DNA of 64,000 nucleotides from Christensenellaceae bacterium (GCA_036679405.1 JAVBVZ010000037.1:18236-82235); one strand, 5' to 3'. Positions 1 to 10,420 are shown, counted from the first letter of the stretch. Numbers and translations are program-made. Notes: generated by a model not told the origin, from the sequence alone.

Positions 1-2
1 AG

Positions 3-533
3 CAGCTTTATGCCGTTCCGGTGGTCGACCAGCAACATAATGTTATTTTAGTGATCGAATATATCCGCGACATTACTTTCCAGCGGCGTGTCGAATATAA
101 TCTGCAGGAACTGGAGCACCGCTTTGAAGCAATGGAAAAACAAAACGAAATGCTTATGCAGATTCTTGCGCAGCGCGAGCAGTACCGGGAAGAACTGGAA
201 GCCACCATTACCAGCAATGTGGAAAAGTTCATCAAACCTTCCCTCAATTATTTAAAAAAAAGCGTGCGCGAACAGGATGTAAATATGGTGAACGGCCTGA
301 TTGACGAGATCGTCTACCCGATCACCAAAAAACGCCCTTCCGCTATCTCCACCCTGACACCGAGAGAGCTGCAGGTCTGCGCGCTGATCAAGGAAGGAAA
401 CGTCAGCAAAGAGATTGCGGATAAGCTGTTCATTACACAAAAAACGGTGGACTACCACCGTATCAATATACGCAAAAAACTGGGTATCAAGCGTTCGACC
501 AGCCTGCGTGCCTATCTGGAAGCGCACCTGTAA
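3..533 (+). CDS. LuxR/FixJ-type HTH transcriptional regulator, 5' end probably cut by window edge
   Basis: Frame is open from nt 3, with no stop before the GTG at 21. C-terminal TPRELQVCALIKEGNVSKEIADKLFITQKTVDYHRINIRKKLG is a classic LuxR-type HTH. Confidence 0.75.
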   Translation, partial: QLYAVPVVDQQHNVILVIEYIRDITFQRRVEYNLQELEHRFEAMEKQNEMLMQILAQREQYREELEATITSNVEKFIKPSLNYLKKSVREQDVNMVNGLIDEIVYPITKKRPSAISTLTPRELQVCALIKEGNVSKEIADKLFITQKTVDYHRINIRKKLGIKRSTSLRAYLEAHL

Positions 534-577
534 CCCGTTTGCACTTACAACTTATAACTTATTAGGAGGTTTTTTAA

Positions 578-1090
578 ATGTCTGAATTCAAACAAATCAT
601 TCCGGAAAATTTTAAAGGAAACCCTTTTACCATGATCGGCACCGACTGTATGCTGATTTGCGGAAAAAAGAAAGACGGCAGCGTCAACGCCATGACGGCA
701 GCCTGGGGCGGCATGGGCGTCATGTGGGGCAAAAACGTCGCTTTTGCCGTGATTCGTCCACAACGCTTCACCAAAAAATTTGTAGACGGTTCCGCCGGCT
801 TTTCCCTCACCTTCTACGGGGGCGGTTACAAAAAAATGCTCAGCTACATGGGTTCTGTCTCCGGGCGTGATGAAGATAAGATAAACAAAATGGGGCTCAC
901 CGTTTTAAGCGACGGAGATACGCCTTATTTTGAAGAGGCCGAAACCGTCTTCATATGCAAAAAATTATACGCACAGGACATGAAGTCTGATTGCTTTACA
1001 GAAAAAGAACCGGATGAAAAATGGTATCCGGCCAAAGATTACCATACCATGTATATCGCAGAGATCGAGAAAATCCTTATAAAAAAATAG
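578..1090 (+). CDS. flavin reductase-like (FMN-binding split-barrel) family protein
   Basis: AGGAGG lies 8 nt upstream of the ATG. GSVNAMTAAWGGMG region and 170-aa size are typical of flavin reductase-like domain proteins. Confidence 0.7.
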   Translation: MSEFKQIIPENFKGNPFTMIGTDCMLICGKKKDGSVNAMTAAWGGMGVMWGKNVAFAVIRPQRFTKKFVDGSAGFSLTFYGGGYKKMLSYMGSVSGRDEDKINKMGLTVLSDGDTPYFEEAETVFICKKLYAQDMKSDCFTEKEPDEKWYPAKDYHTMYIAEIEKILIKK

Positions 1091-1135
1091 CCGATAACTT
1101 TATTTAAAAAGGGCGTGCCGCTGTGCACGCCTTTT

Positions 1136-2353
1136 TTAAGCGCTCTGTTTTTTTGCATGGAGTTTGTGCGCCAGTGCAATCAGAGCTGCGCTTCCTATCA
1201 GCATCAAAGAAACAATCAGCAGCGGTACCGTGTATCCTCCCAGCTGGTCTTTCATCCATCCCATCCACAGGGGAGAAGTTATCCCGCCCAGATTGATCGC
1301 AATCATCACCACACCCGACGCAGATGCGGATTGTCCCGGGAACAGGTCGCAAATCAGATAAACATAGGATGCTACAAAAATGCCCTGCAATACGCCGGCA
1401 ATTACCACCAGTACCACTGCGAAAGCAAGCGCTACAGGCGCAATCACGACCGACGCGATCATGCACAGGGCACTGAAAATCGTCATCCATACCGACATTT
1501 TTAAAATACTGAACCGGTTGAACAACGCCGGCGAAAAGATCCTGCAGGCCAGCGATCCCAAAAAGAAAAGGGTTGTTGCCAGTCCGGAAAATTCAAACGT
1601 GGTACTGATATCCTCATACAGATAAGAGGGATACCAGGTCATAATCCCCCTTTGAAAAGAAAAATACAGTACGCCGGCTGCAATCATTACCCACGCAGAC
1701 GGATATTTGAAAATTTCACCGGGATGCTTTTTTTCTTTTGCCAAACCGGCGGATTGAGCATTTTTTGGCGCCGACGGTATTTTTATTTTTCTTGAAGCAA
1801 CCAAAAAGAAGGCCAGCACGACGACTCCGGCCACGGCGACAAAGAAAAAAGGACGTCCAAAGCTGGAAGGCATGTCCGGATCCACCACGGCTGTAGCAAA
1901 AAACGGGCCGATCACCGCTCCTACCCCGTATGTCATATGAAGCAAAGGCAGCGCCGTTTTTTTTCGCTCCGGAAAAATATCCACGACCGCCGCATTCTCC
2001 ATAATATCCATAAAGGTATATCCGACGCCCGCAACCAGAGCAAACAGCATCATCTGCATATAATTTGCCCCAAAAGCGGTGGCCAGACTTCCGAAGGCAA
2101 GCAAGGCGATTCCTACACCGATCATGCCCAGCTTGTTCATTTTTTCTCCAAAAAACACACAAAGCAGGGAAACCGCCATTCCGCCTATACACTGGATCGT
2201 TATAAGCAGCCCCTGCTCGGCACTGTTGATGTCGAAAAAGTTCATTATTACGGCGGCTTCAGACCCGTACAGGCTTGAAAAGATTGCATAAAGAATCCAG
2301 GCAGAAAAAAAAGTACCAAGTAAAAACTTTTCTTTTCCGCTGAACTTCTCCAT
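1136..2353 (-). CDS. MFS transporter
   Basis: Multi-TM hydrophobic protein of about 400 aa with an MFS-like loop pattern. Start moved to the internal ATG (MEKFSGKEKF...) because the upstream 34 aa look non-native. Confidence 0.7.
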   Translation of the reverse strand: MEKFSGKEKFLLGTFFSAWILYAIFSSLYGSEAAVIMNFFDINSAEQGLLITIQCIGGMAVSLLCVFFGEKMNKLGMIGVGIALLAFGSLATAFGANYMQMMLFALVAGVGYTFMDIMENAAVVDIFPERKKTALPLLHMTYGVGAVIGPFFATAVVDPDMPSSFGRPFFFVAVAGVVVLAFFLVASRKIKIPSAPKNAQSAGLAKEKKHPGEIFKYPSAWVMIAAGVLYFSFQRGIMTWYPSYLYEDISTTFEFSGLATTLFFLGSLACRIFSPALFNRFSILKMSVWMTIFSALCMIASVVIAPVALAFAVVLVVIAGVLQGIFVASYVYLICDLFPGQSASASGVVMIAINLGGITSPLWMGWMKDQLGGYTVPLLIVSLMLIGSAALIALAHKLHAKKQSA

Positions 2354-2518
2354 GATTATCCTCACTTGTTTTTCTATAATTGTTTCATATTCAAAAGAAA
2401 CGGGCCTGCACGCCGCACACCGCCCAAACAGGCGGAATGCATCAGAGGCCCGCAATCATATTCTTGATCCCTGTATCAGGAACTTTATAAAAGGCGCCAA
2501 AACATGCGCCTTGCATTC

Positions 2519-2998
2519 TTATTCCTCGTCTTCAATATACGCTTTTTCAATCACAACCGCAACAACCGGCTTGTCTGAAAAATCCGTTTTATAATTTGCA
2601 ATGGTGTCTACGATTTCCATGCCTGAAACGACTTTTCCAAAAGCAGCGTACTGCCCGTCCAAATGCGGCGAATCGGCATGCATAATAAAGAACTGGGAAC
2701 CTGCCGAATTCGGATCCATGCTGCGCGCCATGGAAACAACGCCTCTTTTATGGCTTATGGGGTTTTCAAAGCCATTAGCGGCAAATTCGCCTTCAATGGT
2801 ATACCCCGGGCCGCCTGTTCCCGTTCCCTTGGGACAGCCCCCCTGAATCATAAAACCGCGGATGACCCGATGGAATGTAAGGCCGTCATAAAAGCCTTCT
2901 TTGACCAGTTTTTCAAAATTTTCCGCCGTCTTGGGCGCTGCCTTTTTGTTCAGACGGATCGTTATGTCCCCTTCACCTTTGATATTCAATACAACCAT
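2519..2998 (-). CDS. peptidyl-prolyl cis-trans isomerase, cyclophilin type
   Basis: FHRVIRGFMIQGGCPKGTGTGGPGY and SMARSMDPNSAGSQFFI are cyclophilin signatures. Confidence 0.9.
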   Translation of the reverse strand: MVVLNIKGEGDITIRLNKKAAPKTAENFEKLVKEGFYDGLTFHRVIRGFMIQGGCPKGTGTGGPGYTIEGEFAANGFENPISHKRGVVSMARSMDPNSAGSQFFIMHADSPHLDGQYAAFGKVVSGMEIVDTIANYKTDFSDKPVVAVVIEKAYIEDEE

Positions 2999-3116
2999 TC
3001 AATTGTACCTCCTCACCCGGTTGATAAGAATCCGGCTGAATCCGCCCTGAATCAGCACCCGGATCCTACTGTCAACTATACTAAAAAATTGCCCGAAAGG
3101 CAACCTCGGTCCGACA

Positions 3117-4391
3117 TTATTTAAGGAGACCTGCAATTGCACACCCCTTCAACACGGCATTTTCCACTTCCAGCACATCCGCTGAAAGATCAAACTTCTC
3201 CAGGCAGGGGTGCAGGGTTGCAAGCACTTCTTCTCGAAGGCCGTACATTTTGTAATAGGTGCTGCCTTCCGCTGTGATACATACCCGGCTTGACCCTCTC
3301 TTTTTCGCTTTTACGGCCATGGCCGCCATCTGCATAGCGCAAAACCTTGCCGCACGCAACACCGTATTTTCCACAATTGCATAGGCCCGCTCAACATCTT
3401 TCGGTTTCATGCACAGCTCGGCAATCTTTCCTTCACCGTCACGCAAAAATTTATCCGCATCCGCCGAAGTTACATTGTGCAGTTTATGCATATACGCCCC
3501 AAAAACATCTTCCTTGGCGGCTTTTTTTAAAAGGAACTCGCACAAAGGACCGATATAGGCGCCGCTAACCATTTTTTCGCAGATATGGTATCCCGGGTCC
3601 AGTGTCGTTTGGTCAAATTCCATATCCAGACTCGTTCTGGGCACAAGCGCATATCCTCCGCCTTCCGTATTGATCATCATAGACCCTTCGGTGGACAAGC
3701 CTCCCAGTTTTCCGATATTGCCGTTAGATTCTATATAGCACCCGTTGTTTCCCGTTCCAAGGATCACGCCCAAAAAGCTCCCATATCCTGCACAGGGTTT
3801 TTCCGCCATGCCGGCCAAAGCACTTGCCACGGCATCATTGGTCACCACAACTCTGCTGGAACGCGCTCCTTTCTGTTCAAGAGCGTCTTCCAGCCTCCTG
3901 CCCAACAACTGGCCCTCCATGCCGGAAATAGAGACTTCTTTCACCATTCGTACGATCCGTCCGTCCAAATCCGGCAAAATTTCTGTTGGATAGGCAAACG
4001 AAACGGATACGCCGCACGCTTCTTTCATATATGGCAGCAGCCAGGCGGACAGGCGGTCGAAAAACTCTTCCGCCTCTATCTTCTCTCCTACACCCGGCAT
4101 TTTCATTCTTTTTATATCGCTTAAAAAACGGCATTTGCCCGAAATATCAAAGTCGATCAGGGCGATCCTTAAGTTTGTCCCCCCCGCATCCACTGCTACC
4201 AACGGTTTTTTCCGCTGAACGGTTCCGGCGGTATTCACAAAAGACGGCAGCATCAAAAGAGAGCTTTCTTCACCGTCAAGCCCCCGCTGCATCTCGCGCA
4301 AATAGGTATCCAGCAACTCCTCAATATGGATGTCCCGGTAGTCCATTTCATGCCTTTTAATAAACGCAAAACCCAAATTAACGTCGTCCAC
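3117..4391 (-). CDS. hexokinase-family sugar kinase
   Basis: LMLPSFV...VAVDAGGTNLRIALI...ILGTGNNGCYIE are hexokinase family motifs. GTG at 4391 has GGAGGG 5 nt upstream; the ORF is also open to a GTG at 4406. Confidence 0.75.
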   Translation of the reverse strand: MDDVNLGFAFIKRHEMDYRDIHIEELLDTYLREMQRGLDGEESSLLMLPSFVNTAGTVQRKKPLVAVDAGGTNLRIALIDFDISGKCRFLSDIKRMKMPGVGEKIEAEEFFDRLSAWLLPYMKEACGVSVSFAYPTEILPDLDGRIVRMVKEVSISGMEGQLLGRRLEDALEQKGARSSRVVVTNDAVASALAGMAEKPCAGYGSFLGVILGTGNNGCYIESNGNIGKLGGLSTEGSMMINTEGGGYALVPRTSLDMEFDQTTLDPGYHICEKMVSGAYIGPLCEFLLKKAAKEDVFGAYMHKLHNVTSADADKFLRDGEGKIAELCMKPKDVERAYAIVENTVLRAARFCAMQMAAMAVKAKKRGSSRVCITAEGSTYYKMYGLREEVLATLHPCLEKFDLSADVLEVENAVLKGCAIAGLLK

Positions 4392-4499
4392 TTCATCCCT
4401 CCGCACTTCTGACTGTACTCATTATAACAAGTTGCCTTCCCCCTTGCAATTATGATATTATGAGTTTGTTTTAAATAATATTAAGGAAGGGCTTTTCTT

Positions 4500-5789
4500 A
4501 TGATACAGGATCTGCTGAACAAAAAAAATTGTACCTGCGGGCGTGACCATACGCTTTCTACCCGGGACTTTGTGATTGAAGAAGACGCCTACCGCCGCTT
4601 CCCTTCCCTGCTTAAAAAACTGGGCGCAGGCAAACGTGTACTGGCCGTCTATGATTCCAATACATGGGCTGCGGCGCACGAAAAAATAAAAGCGCATCTC
4701 CCCGGTATTCAAATCCATATTCTGGAAGGATCCTCCATCCATGCGGACGAATCCCGGGTAGATGAAATCACGGGTGTTATAAAAACGTTATCCCCGGATA
4801 TACTTTTGGCAGTCGGAGGCGGCGTTGTATGCGACATTGTCCGCTACTCAGCTTTCAAAGCGGATCTTCCGTTTATTGCTGTCCCCACCGCGGCCAGCGT
4901 AGACGGATTTGTTTCCAGTTCGGCCGCGATGACGTTCGGCGGCACAAAAGTCTCCATAGAAACCCGTGCGCCCATCGCGGTGGTCGCGGACCTTTCCGTC
5001 ATTGCAGCCGCTCCCAAAAAACTGGCTGCTTCGGGCGTAGGAGATATGCTTTCAAAATTTATCAGTATAGCGGACTGGAGAATCAGCCGGCTCATTTCAG
5101 AAGAATATTATTGCCCTTTTATTGCAGATTTTGAACTGAAAAGCGTTGAAGATATCACCCGGGCAATCCCGGACATCAAAAAAGGCGGCATCGACGGAAC
5201 CCGCAAGCTGGTGGAAGGGCTTGTGATTTCGGGCCTCTCCATGCAGATGGCCAAAATCACCCGGCCGGCCAGCAGTTTTGAACACCATTTCTCTCATTAT
5301 CTGGAAGTGGTTCCGGTACCGGGCGTCAACAAAGAGGCTCTCCATGGAGAAAAAGTAGGCGTCGGTACCGTTATCGCGGCAAAATACTATCCCCTTTTTG
5401 TTCAGTCGCTTCAAAAAATCTTTAATGAAAATCTCCAGAATAAATTTGACATTGAAAAAATAAAATCATATTATTCCAAGTATCCGCAAAACCTTATAGA
5501 CCGTATTGTCGCTGAAAATACGCCTACTTGCACGGATGCCCTGAATCCGGAGATGCTCCGGGAAAATTTCCCGGAAGTGGTCGAAATCGCAAAATCTATC
5601 CCTTCCTCCGGGCAAATGGTCGCCTGGCTCTCCGAGCTGGACGGATACTGCGATTACCGCCAGCTTGGATTGACCTATGAATCCTGCCTTGAAGCGCTGC
5701 GTGTCTGTTGCTACATCCGCAACCGTTTCACTATGCTGCGCATCGTCTGCGATTTTGAAACTTACTCATTTGATGCTTTACTAATTTAA
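4500..5789 (+). CDS. sn-glycerol-1-phosphate dehydrogenase-like (AraM/EgsA, iron-ADH superfamily)
   Basis: LLAVGGGVVCDIVRY, VPTAASVDGFVSSSA, GVGDMLSK..ADW and FEHHFSHYLE match the G1PDH/dehydroquinate-synthase-like fold pattern. Confidence 0.65.
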   Translation: MIQDLLNKKNCTCGRDHTLSTRDFVIEEDAYRRFPSLLKKLGAGKRVLAVYDSNTWAAAHEKIKAHLPGIQIHILEGSSIHADESRVDEITGVIKTLSPDILLAVGGGVVCDIVRYSAFKADLPFIAVPTAASVDGFVSSSAAMTFGGTKVSIETRAPIAVVADLSVIAAAPKKLAASGVGDMLSKFISIADWRISRLISEEYYCPFIADFELKSVEDITRAIPDIKKGGIDGTRKLVEGLVISGLSMQMAKITRPASSFEHHFSHYLEVVPVPGVNKEALHGEKVGVGTVIAAKYYPLFVQSLQKIFNENLQNKFDIEKIKSYYSKYPQNLIDRIVAENTPTCTDALNPEMLRENFPEVVEIAKSIPSSGQMVAWLSELDGYCDYRQLGLTYESCLEALRVCCYIRNRFTMLRIVCDFETYSFDALLI

Positions 5790-5845
5790 TTGAGTAAACT
5801 ATAATTGTTCTATCATTAATTTTAAAATTTTTTGGAGGAACATTT

Positions 5846-6646
5846 ATGAAAAAAGTACTTATTACCGTACTGGCGGTCCTTCTTGCGCTTTCCGTGCTGG
5901 CAGGCTGCTCTTCGTCCGCGTCCCAATCCGCAGACGAGTCCCTTAATTACATTACGGACAAAGGCACCATCGTCCTGGGGCTGGACGCCAGCTTCCCGCC
6001 CATGGGCTTTAAGGATGACAGCGGAAACATCGTTGGTTTTGATATCGACCTTGCAAAAGAAGTTGCGTCCCGCATGGGCGTTGAACTTGAACTGCAGCCC
6101 ATCGACTGGTCGGCAAAAGAACTTGAGCTTAACAACAAAAATATAGACCTGATCTGGAACGGCCTTACCATCACGCCCGAACGGCAGGAATCCATGCTCA
6201 TGAGTGAGCCGTATATGGAAAACAAACAGATTGTTGTCGTACTGAAAGACAGCGACATCCAGTCGCTTAGCGATCTGGAAGGAAAAGACGTTGCCGTTCA
6301 GGATGGTTCCAGCGCGCAGGACGCGCTGGCTGCAGACGGCGATCTTCTCTCCAAGATCAACCAGATCGATTTCAAGGATAACGTGACAGCACTGCTGGAC
6401 CTTAAAAACGGACAGGTAGACGCGCTGGCGGTGGATTCCATTGTTGCTGATTACTATACCAGCCAGGAACCGGACACCTACCGCATCCTGGATGAAGCGC
6501 TTGCGCCCGAAGAATACGGAATCGGTTTCCGCAAGGGCGAACAGGCTTTTGCCGACGCGGTGCAAAAAGCACTGGATGAAATGAAGGAAGACGGCACCTT
6601 TGAAAAAATCAGCATGGAATGGTTTGGTAAGAACGTAGCGCTGTAA
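5846..6646 (+). CDS. polar amino-acid ABC transporter substrate-binding lipoprotein
   Basis: Signal peptide with lipobox LAGC. Family-3 SBP layout (GFDIDLAKEVA...DLIWNGLTIT). First gene of an SBP-permease-ATPase set. Confidence 0.85.
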   Translation: MKKVLITVLAVLLALSVLAGCSSSASQSADESLNYITDKGTIVLGLDASFPPMGFKDDSGNIVGFDIDLAKEVASRMGVELELQPIDWSAKELELNNKNIDLIWNGLTITPERQESMLMSEPYMENKQIVVVLKDSDIQSLSDLEGKDVAVQDGSSAQDALAADGDLLSKINQIDFKDNVTALLDLKNGQVDALAVDSIVADYYTSQEPDTYRILDEALAPEEYGIGFRKGEQAFADAVQKALDEMKEDGTFEKISMEWFGKNVAL

Positions 6647-6659
6647 CTCTTTTGTAACC

Positions 6660-6691
6660 GGTGTGCCCGCACTGCGGGCACACCTTTTTTT
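6660..6691 (+). terminator. strong rho-independent hairpin between SBP and permease genes
   Basis: 11-bp perfect stem GGTGTGCCCGC/GCGGGCACACC, 3-nt loop, then 7 T. Confidence 0.8.
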
Positions 6692-6848
6692 CAGGATTTT
6701 CACGGTACTCCGGGTCCCTTATGCATACGCCCCGGGAAACCAGGCGCAAAACCCCACAAAAAGATCAAGCCAAACCTGATTCAAAACCAACCGAATCACA
6801 AAAAGCCGGTACCCGGGTGGGTCAGGCAATTTAAGACGGAGAAAAAAA

Positions 6849-7523
6849 ATGGAAGTATTTTTAAGCCTGATCCGCGAAATCGTATCCGGGCTGGGCACAA
6901 CACTATGGCTTTTTGCCGTTACCTTGGTGGTTTCCATACCACTTGGATTTTTAGGTTCGCAAATCAGCTTGTCAAAAAAAACCGGCGCACGCCGGGCATA
7001 TAATACTTATGTTTATGTAATGCGGGGCACGCCTCTTATCCTGCAGGTACTGTTTTTATATTTTGGCGTCGGCCTGCTCATTAACATGGTCAATACAAAT
7101 CTCGGCCTGCAAATCAGGTATCCCCGGGAACTGTCCGCACTTATATCCTTTATTTTAAATTATACGGCTTATTTCAGTGAAATTTTCCGCGGCGGCATCC
7201 AGTCCATCAACCGGGGACAATACGAAGCGGCTTCGGTACTGGGCCTTCCAAAATCGGTCACCATGCGCCGCATCGTGGTTCCGCAGGTATTCAAAATTGT
7301 GATGCCTTCTTTGGGCAATGAAGTGATCAACCTGGTCAAAGACACGGCGCTGGTCAGCATTATTGCCATTGCGGACATCACCAAAAATGCCAATTCCGCG
7401 GCAATGCGGGTCGGAAACATTGCCCCTTTTGCAGTAGCGATGCTGTTTTATCTGGCCATTACGGCGGCCGTTACGCTCGCCCTTAAAAAAATTGAAAACA
7501 AAATGGATTATTATAAATTTTAA
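6849..7523 (+). CDS. polar amino-acid ABC transporter permease
   Basis: YTAYFSEIFRGGIQSINRGQYEAASVLGL (EAA-loop region of His/Glu/Gln/Arg-type permeases) in a multi-TM protein. Confidence 0.85.
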   Translation: MEVFLSLIREIVSGLGTTLWLFAVTLVVSIPLGFLGSQISLSKKTGARRAYNTYVYVMRGTPLILQVLFLYFGVGLLINMVNTNLGLQIRYPRELSALISFILNYTAYFSEIFRGGIQSINRGQYEAASVLGLPKSVTMRRIVVPQVFKIVMPSLGNEVINLVKDTALVSIIAIADITKNANSAAMRVGNIAPFAVAMLFYLAITAAVTLALKKIENKMDYYKF

Positions 7524-7541
7524 GGAGGGACTAAAATACAT

Positions 7542-8303
7542 ATGAACGTGCTGGAAGTAAAAGATGCATGCAAATCCTTTGGCGCTTTCAAGGCGCTGCA
7601 AGACGTGTCCCTCATGATGGAAAAAGGGGAAGTCCTGGCGATCATCGGCCCCTCGGGCAGTGGAAAATCCACCCTGCTCAGATGCATCAACTGTCTGGAA
7701 CACCTGGACTTTGGAAGCATTAAGATACTGGATACATACCTTGCGCAAAATAAAAACGGTGTAAGCGAATATTTAAAAGAAGACGAACTGCGCCGCGCAC
7801 GGCTCAACCTTGGAATGGTTTTTCAAAATTTCAACCTTTTCCCCCACCTTTCCGTTCTGGAAAACCTTACGCTTGCCCCCATCCACACCCAGGGGCTCTC
7901 CAAAGAGGAAGCGGACGAAAAGGCTATGGGCCTGCTTTCCAAGGTGGGGCTTCTTGGAAAAGAAAAAAACTATCCGTGCGAACTTTCGGGCGGACAGGCG
8001 CAGCGGGTTGCGATTGCCCGGGCGCTTGCCCTTTCTCCAAAGATATTGTGCTTTGACGAGCCTACCTCCGCCCTCGACCCGGAACTGACCGGAGAGGTGC
8101 TGTCCGTCATCAAAGAGCTCGCCGGAGAACATATGACCATGTTAATTGTTACGCACGAAATGGGGTTCGCCAAAGAAGTCGCAAGTCAGGTTGCCTTTAT
8201 GGATTCGGGACGCATCTTAACGTCCGGGCCTCCCGAAGAACTGCTGGTCAACCCGAAAGAAGAACGTATCCGCGCTTTCTTAAATAAGCTGATCAGCGTT
8301 TAA
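7542..8303 (+). CDS. amino-acid ABC transporter ATP-binding protein
   Basis: Walker A GPSGSGKST, signature LSGGQAQRVAIARAL, Walker B ILCFDEPTSALD. Confidence 0.9.
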   Translation: MNVLEVKDACKSFGAFKALQDVSLMMEKGEVLAIIGPSGSGKSTLLRCINCLEHLDFGSIKILDTYLAQNKNGVSEYLKEDELRRARLNLGMVFQNFNLFPHLSVLENLTLAPIHTQGLSKEEADEKAMGLLSKVGLLGKEKNYPCELSGGQAQRVAIARALALSPKILCFDEPTSALDPELTGEVLSVIKELAGEHMTMLIVTHEMGFAKEVASQVAFMDSGRILTSGPPEELLVNPKEERIRAFLNKLISV

Positions 8304-8412
8304 ACTTTCCCTGCCGTCTCTTTGCAGGCAACATAACGGTCCGCAAATAAAATACATACAGTGCTATTCATTTGCAAATTTTCCTCTGTAGATTTACAAT
8401 AAATACGGAATT

Positions 8413-9183
8413 ATGTTTAATACCGTACAACATGGAGGACAAATGATAGGAGAATTAACCCATAACGTAAATCTTCGAGCTTTTGAATCGGATTTTAACG
8501 GCAGGTGGAAACCTTCCGGTATCATGGTCCGTATGCAGGAGATTGCTGAAGACCACGCAACCGCAATTGGATGCGGACGCCGGGATATGGTGGAAGAAAC
8601 CGGAATGGTGTGGATGCTGACCCGTTTACACCTCGAAATGAAGAAATATCCGACCATTGCCCAGGATATCCGGGTGAAGACCTGGCACGGCCCGGTCCCC
8701 CGCCTTGTTTTTCCAAGACACTTCAGTTTTGCGTATCCTAACGGAGAGTACTTAGGCTGCGCCACTTCCGACTGGGTTCTTTTTAATATCAACGGCCGCC
8801 GCCTGATGCGCCCTTCTGCGCTCCGCGTGCCTTATGAAGCCGACGAATCACTTGCGCCGCCCGCACGGCTGCCTTTGCGTATACGGCTGCCGGAAAATAT
8901 GCGTACGGTTGAAATACGCCAGGTGCGCTACAGTGATACTGATATGAATATCCATATGAACAATGCAAGCTATGTGGACTGGATCTGCGACCTGTTTTCC
9001 ACCGAATGGCTGGCCAAACATATGTTGTCCGAACTTGACATCACCTATTCGGCCGAAGCATCCATGGATCAGGATATCGAACTCAAAATGGCGGAAGAAG
9101 ACGGCCGGTTTTATATCTCAGGAGAAACAAAAGGTAAAAACGTATTCAGCGCTGTCATTATCTGGACCAGCGATTCACCTTAA
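8413..9183 (+). CDS. acyl-ACP thioesterase family protein
   Basis: Hot-dog thioesterase pattern (WMLTRLHLEM..IRVKTW...SDWVLFNINGRR...VRYSDTDMNIHMNNASY). Alternative ATG at 8443 follows GGAGG. Confidence 0.7.
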   Translation: MFNTVQHGGQMIGELTHNVNLRAFESDFNGRWKPSGIMVRMQEIAEDHATAIGCGRRDMVEETGMVWMLTRLHLEMKKYPTIAQDIRVKTWHGPVPRLVFPRHFSFAYPNGEYLGCATSDWVLFNINGRRLMRPSALRVPYEADESLAPPARLPLRIRLPENMRTVEIRQVRYSDTDMNIHMNNASYVDWICDLFSTEWLAKHMLSELDITYSAEASMDQDIELKMAEEDGRFYISGETKGKNVFSAVIIWTSDSP

Positions 9184-9239
9184 GGGGACAGCGCCCTTCG
9201 GCCACCACCCACACCCCACCATTCAAAAGGAGGATAACT

Positions 9240-10316
9240 ATGGCACGCAGGATCGGCATATTAACCAGCGGAGGAGACTGCCCCGGGCTGAACGCAGCCA
9301 TTCGCGGCGTCGCGAAAGCAGCCTACCGCCAAATTGAAAACGTAGAAATCATCGGGATCGCCAGCGGCTTTCACGGTCTCATACACGGAGACCATAAGCT
9401 GATGAACCAATCGGACTTCTCAGGAATTCTCACACTGGGCGGTACTATTTTAGGCACCCGCCGTACCCCCTTTAAAAACATGCATGTGGTGGAAGAAGAC
9501 AACATAGATAAAATTGCCAACATGAAGGCCAATTATAAAAAAATGCAACTGGATTGCCTGCTCACACTGGGCGGAAACGGTACGCACAAAACCGCCAATC
9601 TTCTTTCAAACGAAGGGCTTAACGTCATTGGCCTGCCTAAGACCATAGACAACGACATCTGGGGAACAGACGTGACCTTTGGCTTTCATACCGCTGTGGA
9701 CATCGCGACCGATGTGATCGACCGCGTCCATACCACCGCGGCCAGCCATGGCCGGGTCATGGTAGTGGAGCTGATGGGCAACCGGGCCGGATGGCTGACC
9801 CTTTACTCAGGGATTGCCGGCGGCGCGGATGTTATTCTGATTCCTGAAATTGCGTACGACGGCGAAAAAGTCATTCAAAGCGTAGGGCAACGGGCACAGA
9901 ACGGCAAGGCCTTCTCCATTATTGCCATTGCGGAAGGCGCGGTCAATTTGCAAGAAGAGGGCATGAAGCGCAAATCCATCAAAGAACAGCGTTCCCAAAA
10001 CGGGTTTATATCAGCCTCACAGCGCCTGGCCGGAAAAATTGAAGCGGCTACCGGCATCGAAACACGGGTCGTTGTTCCCGGCTACATTCAGCGTGGCGGC
10101 ATTCCGTCCGCTTACGACCGGCTTCTCTCCACCCAGTTCGGCGTTCAGGCCGCCAAATTAATTGCAGACGGGCATTTCGGCGTGACCGTTGCCCTGAAAA
10201 ATAACCAGCTCTCCTACAACGCCCTCAAAGACGTTGCTTTTAAATTAAAATCGGTCCCAATTCCGTCTCCAATGGTGGATGCTGCAAAAGATATGGGGCT
10301 TTCTTTCGGCGTATAA
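9240..10316 (+). CDS. pfkA: ATP-dependent 6-phosphofructokinase
   Basis: RIGILTSGGDCPGLNAAIRGV, GLPKTIDNDI, PGYIQRGG. AGGA-rich RBS upstream. Confidence 0.9.
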   Translation: MARRIGILTSGGDCPGLNAAIRGVAKAAYRQIENVEIIGIASGFHGLIHGDHKLMNQSDFSGILTLGGTILGTRRTPFKNMHVVEEDNIDKIANMKANYKKMQLDCLLTLGGNGTHKTANLLSNEGLNVIGLPKTIDNDIWGTDVTFGFHTAVDIATDVIDRVHTTAASHGRVMVVELMGNRAGWLTLYSGIAGGADVILIPEIAYDGEKVIQSVGQRAQNGKAFSIIAIAEGAVNLQEEGMKRKSIKEQRSQNGFISASQRLAGKIEAATGIETRVVVPGYIQRGGIPSAYDRLLSTQFGVQAAKLIADGHFGVTVALKNNQLSYNALKDVAFKLKSVPIPSPMVDAAKDMGLSFGV

Positions 10317-10420
10317 CTTTTTTTAAAACGCCTGATGGGTTTTTCGCGGTTCTAAACAAATTTGAGCGCGCCTAACGCCGCATCATAACCACGCATAAAA
10401 ATTGCCTTTTCAGAACAATC

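Noticed and set aside
5822-6703. 293-aa minus-strand ORF
   Set aside because: It is entirely antisense to the well-supported amino-acid-binding lipoprotein gene, has no RBS and matches no recognisable family.
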